Assembly: GCA_963770935.1 (NCBI GenBank)
Contig: CAVYRJ010000009.1
Coordinates: forward strand, 64,001 to 128,000
Reading direction: 5' to 3'
Length of the DNA: 64,000 nucleotides
From: Candidatus Bathyarchaeota archaeon
GTDB lineage: Archaea; Thermoproteota; Bathyarchaeia; Bathyarchaeales; Bathycorpusculaceae
Shown: positions 1 through 8,714 of the stretch, piece by piece
Position numbering within the stretch: the first letter of the stretch is position 1
Layout: each line of letters opens with the position of its first letter
Notes under the pieces: generated by a model
The model's database searches: none
The model's input: only the letters and a program-made list of their open reading frames with translations
What the model was told of the DNA's origin: nothing
Made by a program: the position numbers and the translations under genes

Positions 1-229
1 TTAAACATGTAAAATAATCGCTTGTATGGCGAAATTGAAAGTAGCTCGGAGAATTCTATAGCCCCTATTTAAAGTATTTAAAATTCACAGGCAAGGAAGA
101 AGATAGAATAATCAGATAAAATCACGACTGTCTTTTGTTAAAAGCTCTGCCTGAACAACTGGTTGTCAGCTAAAGATCACGAAGCTACTATAGCCAATTG
201 ACTGCTCACGTCGACTATACTTCAATTTG

Positions 230-607
230 CTACAAGATTAGCTGCGGCTTCATAATTAATGAGGATTTATTCATCGATGCTAACTCGTAGAAGGTTGAGC
301 TTTTTATTGCTTTTTTGCGGCAAGTATCTGCACATTGGTAACAGAAAATACACTTATCGAGTCTGAATTGGGGTCGATTTTTTCCATCAACCTCAACCAT
401 TTCAATCGCTCTTGAGGGACATTCTTTGCCGCATAACCCGCAACCGACACAAAGCCGAATATCGAATAAGGGTTGACCTCGAAAATTATCAGGCAACTGA
501 GGCTTAACAAATGGGTACATAGATGTAGCTGGCTTGGTAAAGAAGTTCGTTAATGCGCTTTCAAATATTTGAGGAACACGTGGTTTTTTCGCCATTTCCT
601 TTGCCAC
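230..607 (-). CDS. 2x[4Fe-4S] ferredoxin, NuoI/MbhN/EchF-like subunit
   Basis: T-x-x-YP N-terminal motif, FRG motif, CVGCGLCGKECP and CIFCYQCADTC clusters. Confidence 0.8.
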   Translation of the reverse strand: MAKEMAKKPRVPQIFESALTNFFTKPATSMYPFVKPQLPDNFRGQPLFDIRLCVGCGLCGKECPSRAIEMVEVDGKNRPQFRLDKCIFCYQCADTCRKKAIKSSTFYELASMNKSSLIMKPQLIL

Positions 608-1020
608 CGCCTAAATGATTTTGGCAAAAGCAATTCGAGAGTCTGTAACTTGGTTTAATGGCGGGGTTTACTTTGCCAGATTTGATTTTTTCTTTGGCTT
701 GCAAGAAAGAACGTGAACTTCAACTTAGCTTAAGATGCTATTGCTCTCTATCCATCTGACCTTCAAGGAAGAGCTTAACGCACTGAAGAACAAATTTTGT
801 TTTTGCTTTTGCCCTGCTTAACATATAGACTTCGCATCCTTAATTGTTTACGGTTCAATCATCTTTTTTGGACACCTTTTAACCATAAATCAGCATTCCT
901 AAACAGATGGGCACCAATATCGCAGTAAATATAGCTATTGAAGCGTTTGAGGCAGGCTCTGGGTTAGCTCTAGTTTTTTATTCAACATTTCTTGAAATAA
1001 CCACAAATTAGAGCGGTAAG

Positions 1021-2864
1021 TTACTTCTTGGGCGTTTTGGTTGGCTCTTTTTTCTCTGGCTTTGTTTCAAGTTTCTCAGGTTTGGTTGTTTTGGTGTAGT
1101 AGTATTCGCCGATGCCCTTCTGGAACTTATCCATCTGCGAATCCTCCTTGTTTACTCTGGGACGGAAAGTAACTGAGTCTCTGCGGAAGGTGATGTCCAT
1201 TTCCTTGAGAAACGTGTTCATGCCTTTTCTTAAACTGGTTGGCGGATGTGCTAAGCCGCTGACTCCTGGTTCACCGTTGAAAACCATCAAGCGGTCAGCA
1301 ATGAAGTCTTGGGTTACCACGTCGTGTTCAACCACGAAGGCTGGAATACCGTGCGCTTCCACGACACGTCGCAGGGTTTTTGCCACATTTAATCTTTCTT
1401 CAACATCTAAGTATGCACTTGGCTCGTCAAGCAGGAAAAGGTCAGTTTTGCGGCTAAGACACGCGGCTATTGCAACTTTTTGGAGTTCGCCTCCACTGAG
1501 TTCCATCACATTTTTATCCATCAAGACTTGGAGACGAAGCGGCTGGGCAATTTCGGTTTTGTACCAGCTTGAAGTAAAGTTATCCTTAGCCACGTTCATC
1601 AGCAGTTCTTGCACAGTGCCTTCGTAATCTGGGGCGATGTACTGGGGCTTGTAACTTACTGTTAACTTGCCCAGTTGACGTTTATCATCTGTTTCATCTA
1701 AGCCTGCTAAAATCTTGGCAAAAGTAGTCTTCCCAATCCCGTTGGGACCAAGAATACCGATGATTTCGCCTGTTCGTATTTCTCCTGGTTCTATGGCAAG
1801 TTTGAAGCCTTTGAAGGTTTTCTCCATCTTTTCCCATTTGAGCAGAGGTTCACCGACCATTTCTCCTAGCGGTTGGAGGTTTCTCGTGGAAGACTATGGC
1901 TTCTTTTCGGAACATTATGTTTTCGTCGGGGATGTAGCCTTGCAAGTAAATGTTAATGCCTGTTCGGACGCCATGAGTGTGTGAGACGACACCGTAGACG
2001 CTTGGTTCCCCATAGAAGACGCAGATTTGGTCAGATAAGTAGTCGATGATTGCTAAGTCGTGCTCAGCCACAACGATTGTCTTCTGTTGTTCTTTGAGGC
2101 TTCGGATGGCTCTTGCAACCACAAGCCGCTGCTTAACATCTAAGTAGCTTGATGGCTCATCAAAAAGGTACACGTCTGCTTCACGACTAAGCGCTGCCGC
2201 AACCGCGACTCGTTGAAGTTCTCCGCCACTGAGTACATCCAGCGGTCTATCCCAAATCTTCTTGAGCTCCAACTCTTCAGCGATTGCATCAAGCTGTTTA
2301 CGTTCATCGACTTTTTCCAAGAGCTCACCAGCCTTGCCTGTTACCGCCTTGGGAATTTTATCGACGTATTGCGGTTTGCTGCTGACTTTGAGTTTTTTCT
2401 CACTCAGCTTCTGGAAGTAATCCTGAAGGCTTGAACCCCGATAATACTGAATAATTTCTTGCCACTCGGGCGGTTCATCGAACCTTCCTAGGTTGGGTTT
2501 GATTTCGCCTGAAAAAACCTTAAGCGTGGTGCTTTTGCCTATGCCGTTTTGTCCCAGTAACCCTAAAACTGTTCCCGGCGAAGGCATCGGCAGGCGGAAA
2601 AGCTTAAAGCTGTTTTCGCTGAAGCGGTGGCTGCAATCCTTCTCGAGCTCATCAGGCAGGTTGACGATGCTGATGGCTTTGAAGGGACATTTTTTGACGC
2701 AAATTCCGCAGCCGCTGCAAAGAGTTTCCGCTATTATTGCTTTGCTTGCCTTCGACTTTTATGGCTTCCACTCTGCTGCGTACCATAGGGCAGAAGCTAA
2801 CGCAGAGTGAATTACATTTTTTGACTTTGCATTTGTCTTCATTTAATACGGCGATTCGCGTCAT
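1021..2864 (-). CDS. rli: ABCE1/Rli1 ribosome recycling ATPase (split into three ORFs by two indels, near 2720-2735 and 1860)
   Basis: N-terminal MTRIAV…CP Fe-S domain, GQNGIGKST and GPNGIGKTT Walker A motifs, two LSGGELQ signatures, FRRD…RPRVNK C-terminus. Confidence 0.93.
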
Positions 2865-3040
2865 GGGTGGCGTCGTTTAATGATTCCTACAAGATAGTTA
2901 TAAATGTAAACCTCAAAAGAAAAAGAAACAACAAAAAGCGAAGCTGACTTTTTCATTGGGTCAAAAAATTAACCTCAAAAATCTCGTGGAATAATCAAAA
3001 TTAAAAGAAAAATATCAACAGGCGGAGTTTATGGTTTATT

Positions 3041-3109
3041 TTACCATTCTTCTTCTTCCCATTCTTCATCTTCGCCTTCTTCCCATTCATCTTCTTCTTC
3101 GAATATCAT
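3041..3109 (-). CDS. Unannotated 22-aa acidic Trp-repeat microprotein MIFEEEDEWEEGEDEEWEEEEW
   Basis: Translated by hand. GAGGTGA Shine-Dalgarno 9 nt upstream, TATA-like CTTAAAC about 60 nt upstream, T-rich tract downstream. Confidence 0.7.
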   Translation of the reverse strand: MIFEEEDEWEEGEDEEWEEEEW

Positions 3110-3161
3110 GTGCTCTTTTCACCTCTCGAATAAGCCGTATAAGCTACCCTACCCTCGGAAG

Positions 3162-3175
3162 GGTTTAAGCCTTTA
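3162..3175 (-). promoter_or_regulatory. BRE/TATA-like promoter of the acidic microprotein
   Basis: Minus strand AAAGGCTTAAACC; the implied start site near 3139 lies upstream of the SD. Confidence 0.5.
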
Positions 3176-3381
3176 GATTCGTCAGTTGTCGTTAATCCCA
3201 AACCAAAGCTTGGGCTAAAACATCGGTTATGCAATAATTCTTCTACTAAATCCCTATTTGTATCGAGACTTCGTAAATAACCGTTAACATAAAATAGGCC
3301 TACAAAACTTCAACTTTTTTTTCCAAATTTTGTCAGTTGCTCAAATCAAAATAGATAAATCCGCACAGGCAGAATTAAAGT

Positions 3382-3446
3382 GGGGATGATGTAAGGCGAC
3401 GGCTTCGAGCCTAAAGCTGTGAGAAATCGTCAATAATTACTGACCC
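3382..3446 (+). ncRNA. Candidate C/D box sRNA
   Basis: GGGG-ATGATG(T) box C, CTGA-CCC box D, terminal GGG/CCC stem, about 65 nt, GATAAAT about 22 nt upstream. Confidence 0.4.
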
Positions 3447-3647
3447 AAATGCCAACATAGAAAACAAGGCTTTACGGACTGCAAAATTCACTTCTTTTAT
3501 GTATATTCAAAATGTAGACTTGGATTTTGGTAGTTGAATCTTGATCTAAGCTTGAAGGATTTAAAGCCGATACAAGTTTTGCATAGTTTAAAGATTGAAA
3601 ATCGCGAAGTTCTTTTGATTTGTTTTCTTTAGCTCTTGCAAGAATGA

Positions 3648-4835
3648 TTATGTTTGTTTGATGAATGGTTGTGTTTTTTCATTTAGAACGTGTGCAACAA
3701 CATTCATCAGCGGGGTTCCTATAAGATGATGTGAAAAAAGTTGGTGGTCTTTTAATTGTTCAAGTATTTCTAGAGCCACGCCAATTGAGGCTTTTTCTGA
3801 AGCACACATAAAAGGTCCGACTAGGTCGTATCTTTTTGTGGAATAGTAATTTGTGCATCCGCACCAATTCATGCAATATTCGTTTAGTTCACATTGTGTG
3901 CATTCAGTATTTTTGGCGCTGCTTGAGTTGGGTTTACATACTTCACTAGGTTTAAATCCAATTTTTACGTTTCCAAGACAGTGTGTTTTTCCATCGTCAG
4001 ACCCAACTAGTCGTTCGCATGGGTAAATATTTCCTGCTGGAGAAAATGCAAATTCTCCTTGCCCCATTCTACATCTTTCAGCAGGCTTATATCCGTCACG
4101 TAGTATGACTGTGATTTTTCCGTCAATTAGGTTAATGTATTTGGGGTGCCCAGTCAAGTAGAAATCAATGTATTTTTTTCCTATTTCTCTATACACAGTT
4201 GGTAATAGGTCAGCTTCTTTCTGAGTCCAATCGGCCGAAATGTTCGGATTTAGATAAATATTGACAGCTCCTAGGGAAACAAGATAGTCTATTACCTCAG
4301 GTAGATCTTGCAGATTTTCAGGAGAATAAACTGCGTTTACCGGAATAAGAGGGAACTGACTGAGAGCTCTTTTTAGGTTTCTTTCCACTATTTCGGAGGT
4401 ACCTGAGCCGTCTGGAAAACGTCTGTAAATGTTTTGTACTTTTGCGGGACCATCACAACTTATGCATAAAATAATTTTTTTCTCTGTCAGGAACGCAGAT
4501 ATTTCATCAGAAAAAATCGTTCCATTAGTAACAACAGATATGTTTACGCGGTTAGCATCATAGGATTTGTGTTCTTGGATGAGTTTTGTGATTTTTTGGA
4601 TCCTGTTAAATTCCAGGAGTGGTTCACCGCCAAAGAAACCGAATTCTATTCGTTCATCTTTGGCAACTTTAGCGAAAGCAAAATCAACAATCCTTTTCGC
4701 CATCGACAAAGAAATTACTGATTTCTTTTTTTCAATGTAACAGTATTTACAGGATAAATTACATTGCTGTGTAACAAAAATAGTACATTTCATAGTTTTG
4801 GGATAATAAGAAAAAGGGGAAGGGGTAGTTTCCAT
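3648..4835 (-). CDS. Radical SAM/SPASM protein (anSME/peptide maturase-like)
   Basis: CNLSCKYC, FFGGEPLL, ISCDG, SPASM region CRMG…YPC…CTQC…C…C. Confidence 0.9.
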   Translation of the reverse strand: METTPSPFSYYPKTMKCTIFVTQQCNLSCKYCYIEKKKSVISLSMAKRIVDFAFAKVAKDERIEFGFFGGEPLLEFNRIQKITKLIQEHKSYDANRVNISVVTNGTIFSDEISAFLTEKKIILCISCDGPAKVQNIYRRFPDGSGTSEIVERNLKRALSQFPLIPVNAVYSPENLQDLPEVIDYLVSLGAVNIYLNPNISADWTQKEADLLPTVYREIGKKYIDFYLTGHPKYINLIDGKITVILRDGYKPAERCRMGQGEFAFSPAGNIYPCERLVGSDDGKTHCLGNVKIGFKPSEVCKPNSSSAKNTECTQCELNEYCMNWCGCTNYYSTKRYDLVGPFMCASEKASIGVALEILEQLKDHQLFSHHLIGTPLMNVVAHVLNEKTQPFIKQT

Positions 4836-4850
4836 GTTTATCTTTTTGAC

Positions 4851-5270
4851 CTAAACTATGGCGTTTATGGATTCAGAAACGGCAATCATTTTTCCAAAAC
4901 TGACTGTTTTGGCAGAGTTCAATTTAGCTTTGAGATTCTCTAGGATTGGCGCAGAAAACCTGACCCATTGTTCAGTAGTCAAGACATAGACGTTTCCTTT
5001 GAAGTGCAGATGCGGCGATATCATACCGCCATGCCACCAAATTGGAATAACTGCTGATAAGGTGTTTGCCGTTGGCGCTTTTGGTGCTGCAGCAATGTCC
5101 GCAGGCGCTAAAAATGATCCCATAGCAAGACCCATCTGTGCCTCTTTAGATAGCGCTGGAATTTTGCTATTCTTTATGAAGTCACCGACTTGATTTTCAA
5201 AGACTGCCCAGAATTCTCGACGTCCGCCATTTCTCCAAATCCAATACAAAAAGGGATTAGATTCTGACAT
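4851..5270 (-). CDS. Hypothetical Trp-motif protein, possible radical SAM substrate or partner
   Basis: 139-aa ORF with GAGGT SD, ending 15 nt before the radical SAM start; motifs YWIWRNGG and IWWHGG…PHLH. Confidence 0.65.
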   Translation of the reverse strand: MSESNPFLYWIWRNGGRREFWAVFENQVGDFIKNSKIPALSKEAQMGLAMGSFLAPADIAAAPKAPTANTLSAVIPIWWHGGMISPHLHFKGNVYVLTTEQWVRFSAPILENLKAKLNSAKTVSFGKMIAVSESINAIV

Positions 5271-5631
5271 TTCAAATACCTCATAATGCGTTTTTGGCGC
5301 AATAGAAATGGTTGTATTTCTGTGTAATAAGCTTTGCAGTAAGACAAAATTGGCAAGACTGAATAATTGTTATATCCTATGCTTTTGGAAATGTGTTGCT
5401 GCAAAAACAGTTACATCTTCTAATTTGAAGAGTTTTAACTCAAGATCTAAGACCACGTTTTCAGTCTAAATGAAAGTTCTTGAGCCAAGCGCATCTTTCC
5501 TTTGATGATAAGCTTGAAGGGCTTGCCAACTTCCTCAAAGTTAGCGTTGTTTTCCTCACAATCGGTGAGTGAGGCTTATTAGCACTAATACATAAGTACT
5601 GTTCCACGAACTTTAAAGGAGAATAAAAAAC

Positions 5632-8172
5632 TTGAAAATATCAAAAAATAAAAGTGCTACATTATTTGCAATGTTTCTATTGTTAACTATTTCTGTACCG
5701 ATTTTCGCTCTTATGCCAAATGCAGATGCGCATGATCCTTTATGGAATATGCCTACATACACTTACATCAGTGCTGCGCCAAACCCGATAGGAGTTGGTC
5801 AAACCGCAATTATAGTGTTTTGGGTCGACAAACTGCCCCCTACAGCAGCCGGACATGCCGGTGATAGATGGTTCTTCTACGTCGATGTCACAAAACCTGA
5901 CGAAACCAAAGAAACCGTAGGGCCATTCACTTCAGATCCAGTCGGAGGTAGCTATTATTCATTAACACCACAAGAAACAGGAACATACACATTTACCGCA
6001 CGTTTTGGACCACAAGTAATAACTGGAAGCAACGGAACAGGCATATACAACTATAACATTGCTATCAACGATACTTATCTGGCAAGCAGTGCAACAACGA
6101 CGCTTACAGTGCAGGATGAGCCAATACCAGAACCTGTGAACTATCCGCTCCCAACCGAATACTGGACACGCCCAATAGAAGGACAAAATGTCCAATGGTA
6201 TACAATTGCATCAAACTGGCTTGGCGCTCCTCAAATATATGGGAAGTATCAGCCAGGCGGTAGTGCACCAAATAGCGCCCACATAATGTGGACAGCACCT
6301 TATGCGTTTGGAGGCGTGGTCGGAGGAGACCCATCCCAAACAGGCATCGAAGGCATAACATACTATGATGGAACTGCATACGAAGGCGTTTTCGGCGGTC
6401 CACTAATTATTTCTGGAAAACTCTACTACCCTCTAACATTGAGCACCTCCAGAACTGGTTCAGGATACACATGTGTAGATCTAACTACAGGCGAAACGAT
6501 TTGGTGGCAGAATTACACAGTCGCTCCGTCGTTCGGTCAACTCTACGACTATGAGTCAATTAACCAGCATGGAGTCATCCGAAACGGTTACTTATGGGCA
6601 TCTTCCGGCACTACATTGATTGCATACGACCCCTTAACAGGAAACTGGGTGTTCAGTGAGACTAACGTTCCTTCAGGAACCGCAGCTTATGGTCCAAACG
6701 GCGAGATACTGAGATACGTGCTCAACGCAAATGGCAAGTGGCTTGCTTTGTGGAATAACACTGCAGCCCACGATCTAACAGCCTCAACTAATCCAACAGA
6801 TTACACGAGCTCAAACTACAACCAATGGCGACCAGTAGGAAAAACAGTTAACGCTAGCACAGCCTACTCATGGAACGCATCAGTACCCTCCCTTATGACT
6901 GGGGCAACCATACAAGCCGTTATCAATGACGACCTATTACTTGGCAGCAATGGCACTTTACCTACACCTGGCAGCAGTTGGAGTCCATATACAATGTGGG
7001 CAATAAGTCTCAAACCAGAAAACCGAGGACAACTACTATGGATGAAAAACTACGACGCACCAGACGGCAACATCACCAGAAGCTTCGCACCAGTGTTTAT
7101 GAGCGAGCTAGTGGATCCAAAGGCACGCGTCTTCACCATGTATGACAAGGAAACTATACAGTGGGGAGGTTACAGCATTGACAATGGCACAAAGCTATGG
7201 CAAACTCCAACAGAAACCTCATTCAACTACTATGCTGATGTTGGTCTCACAAGATTCGCTGTCGCATATGGCAAACTTTACTCCAGTGGCTATTCAGGAG
7301 TAGTCTACTGTTACGACCTTATTAGCGGACAACAACTATGGAACTATAGCGCACCAGCCGGTTTAGAAGCAGCTTATCCAGGTTACCCACTAGGTATAGG
7401 TGCAATCGCTGACGGAAAAGTCTACTTATTCACAACTGAACACTCTGCCAATTCACCACACATAAAAGGCGTACAATTCCGCTGCATTAATGCCACCACT
7501 GGAACTGAAATATGGACTATAGATGGATACGGCTCAAGTGGCGCCATGGCTATTGCAGACGGCTACATGGTATATCTAAACTTATACGACATGCAGTTAT
7601 ACACCGTTGGTAAAGGTCCAAGCGCAACCACAGTCACCGCATCACCAAAGGTTTCAGTTCAAGGCAGCAGCGTACTTATCGAAGGCACCGTAACAGACAT
7701 CGCTACAGGCACCACACAAAAAGAACAAGCTGCTCGTTTTCCAAATGGCGTTCCAGCTGTTTCTGAGGATAGCATGAGTGATTGGATGGAATACGTATAC
7801 ATGCAAAAGCCTCGACCAATGAATACAATTGGCGTTGAGGTGGTCTTGAGTGTTCTCGATGCAAACAGCAACTTCAGAGAAATAGGCAAAGTTACAACAG
7901 ATTCTGACGGATTCTACACACTCAACTGGAAACCAGACATTGAAGGACCATATACAGTGTACGCTTCCTTCGATGGATCCGAATCATACTGGCCATCACA
8001 TGCAGTAAGCTCTTTTGCAGTAGATCCAGCTCCACAAGCAACAACAACACAACAACCAGTAGCAGCAGTACCACAAACCGAAATGTACGTCCTAGGCATA
8101 GGTGTAGCCATAATCCTAGCCATCGCCATAGTAGGCGCAGTATTATTCAGGGCAATCAAAAAACGACAATAG
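5632..8172 (+). CDS. Secreted PQQ-like beta-propeller surface protein with C-terminal membrane anchor
   Basis: Signal peptide, PNPIGVGQ motif, repeated D-x-x-TG-x-x-x-W blades, Thr/Pro linker, TM helix and basic tail. Confidence 0.85.
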   Translation: MKISKNKSATLFAMFLLLTISVPIFALMPNADAHDPLWNMPTYTYISAAPNPIGVGQTAIIVFWVDKLPPTAAGHAGDRWFFYVDVTKPDETKETVGPFTSDPVGGSYYSLTPQETGTYTFTARFGPQVITGSNGTGIYNYNIAINDTYLASSATTTLTVQDEPIPEPVNYPLPTEYWTRPIEGQNVQWYTIASNWLGAPQIYGKYQPGGSAPNSAHIMWTAPYAFGGVVGGDPSQTGIEGITYYDGTAYEGVFGGPLIISGKLYYPLTLSTSRTGSGYTCVDLTTGETIWWQNYTVAPSFGQLYDYESINQHGVIRNGYLWASSGTTLIAYDPLTGNWVFSETNVPSGTAAYGPNGEILRYVLNANGKWLALWNNTAAHDLTASTNPTDYTSSNYNQWRPVGKTVNASTAYSWNASVPSLMTGATIQAVINDDLLLGSNGTLPTPGSSWSPYTMWAISLKPENRGQLLWMKNYDAPDGNITRSFAPVFMSELVDPKARVFTMYDKETIQWGGYSIDNGTKLWQTPTETSFNYYADVGLTRFAVAYGKLYSSGYSGVVYCYDLISGQQLWNYSAPAGLEAAYPGYPLGIGAIADGKVYLFTTEHSANSPHIKGVQFRCINATTGTEIWTIDGYGSSGAMAIADGYMVYLNLYDMQLYTVGKGPSATTVTASPKVSVQGSSVLIEGTVTDIATGTTQKEQAARFPNGVPAVSEDSMSDWMEYVYMQKPRPMNTIGVEVVLSVLDANSNFREIGKVTTDSDGFYTLNWKPDIEGPYTVYASFDGSESYWPSHAVSSFAVDPAPQATTTQQPVAAVPQTEMYVLGIGVAIILAIAIVGAVLFRAIKKRQ

Positions 8173-8714
8173 AAACAAACACCAACAAAACAACATTTCC
8201 CTTTTTTTGTATTCCCGAACTCAATACAATTTCTAAATTTTGAGTAAGGTTCCTTAGTACATTTACAGGCAGCCATGTGTGAAAAGTAACTGGTAAGTTC
8301 TTAGTCTCCCGTGTTTTTCTTTTGTTTTTTTCTCTTTGCGAGGATGGGGTGCTCTAAAAATTTCCCATCCCATCTTTTAGATTGAGGCTGTTTGGTTTTT
8401 TGGTTTAGGGCTTTTTCCAGTTGCGGTTGGGATGGGGCAAGTGGATTTTTCTCACAAAAACTATGTTGGATGGGTGGGATGGGATGGGCGGGTATGTTGA
8501 GTTTGTATTCTATGGGTTATGTAGGGTTGATAAAAGAAGAAGAAAGTAATGACGACCGCAGATTCTCGATTTATAAGCCTTTCGCAAATCATAATAGCAA
8601 ATATCTGGATAGGGGGCTATTGAGCGAAAGTGTGAGTTTACGTTTTTGCCCTCGCTCAAGAGCAAAAGCTTGCGTTTTCGTTCAAAAATAAAATTATAGG
8701 AAAGAAAAGAAAAA

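Noticed and set aside
610-900. Small ORF upstream of the ferredoxin
   Set aside because: Only short frames with no recognisable motif.
3393-3445. Fluoride riboswitch-like start (GGCGAC…GCC-TAAA)
   Set aside because: Pseudoknot complement and conserved 3' motif not found, and no suitable downstream gene on that strand.
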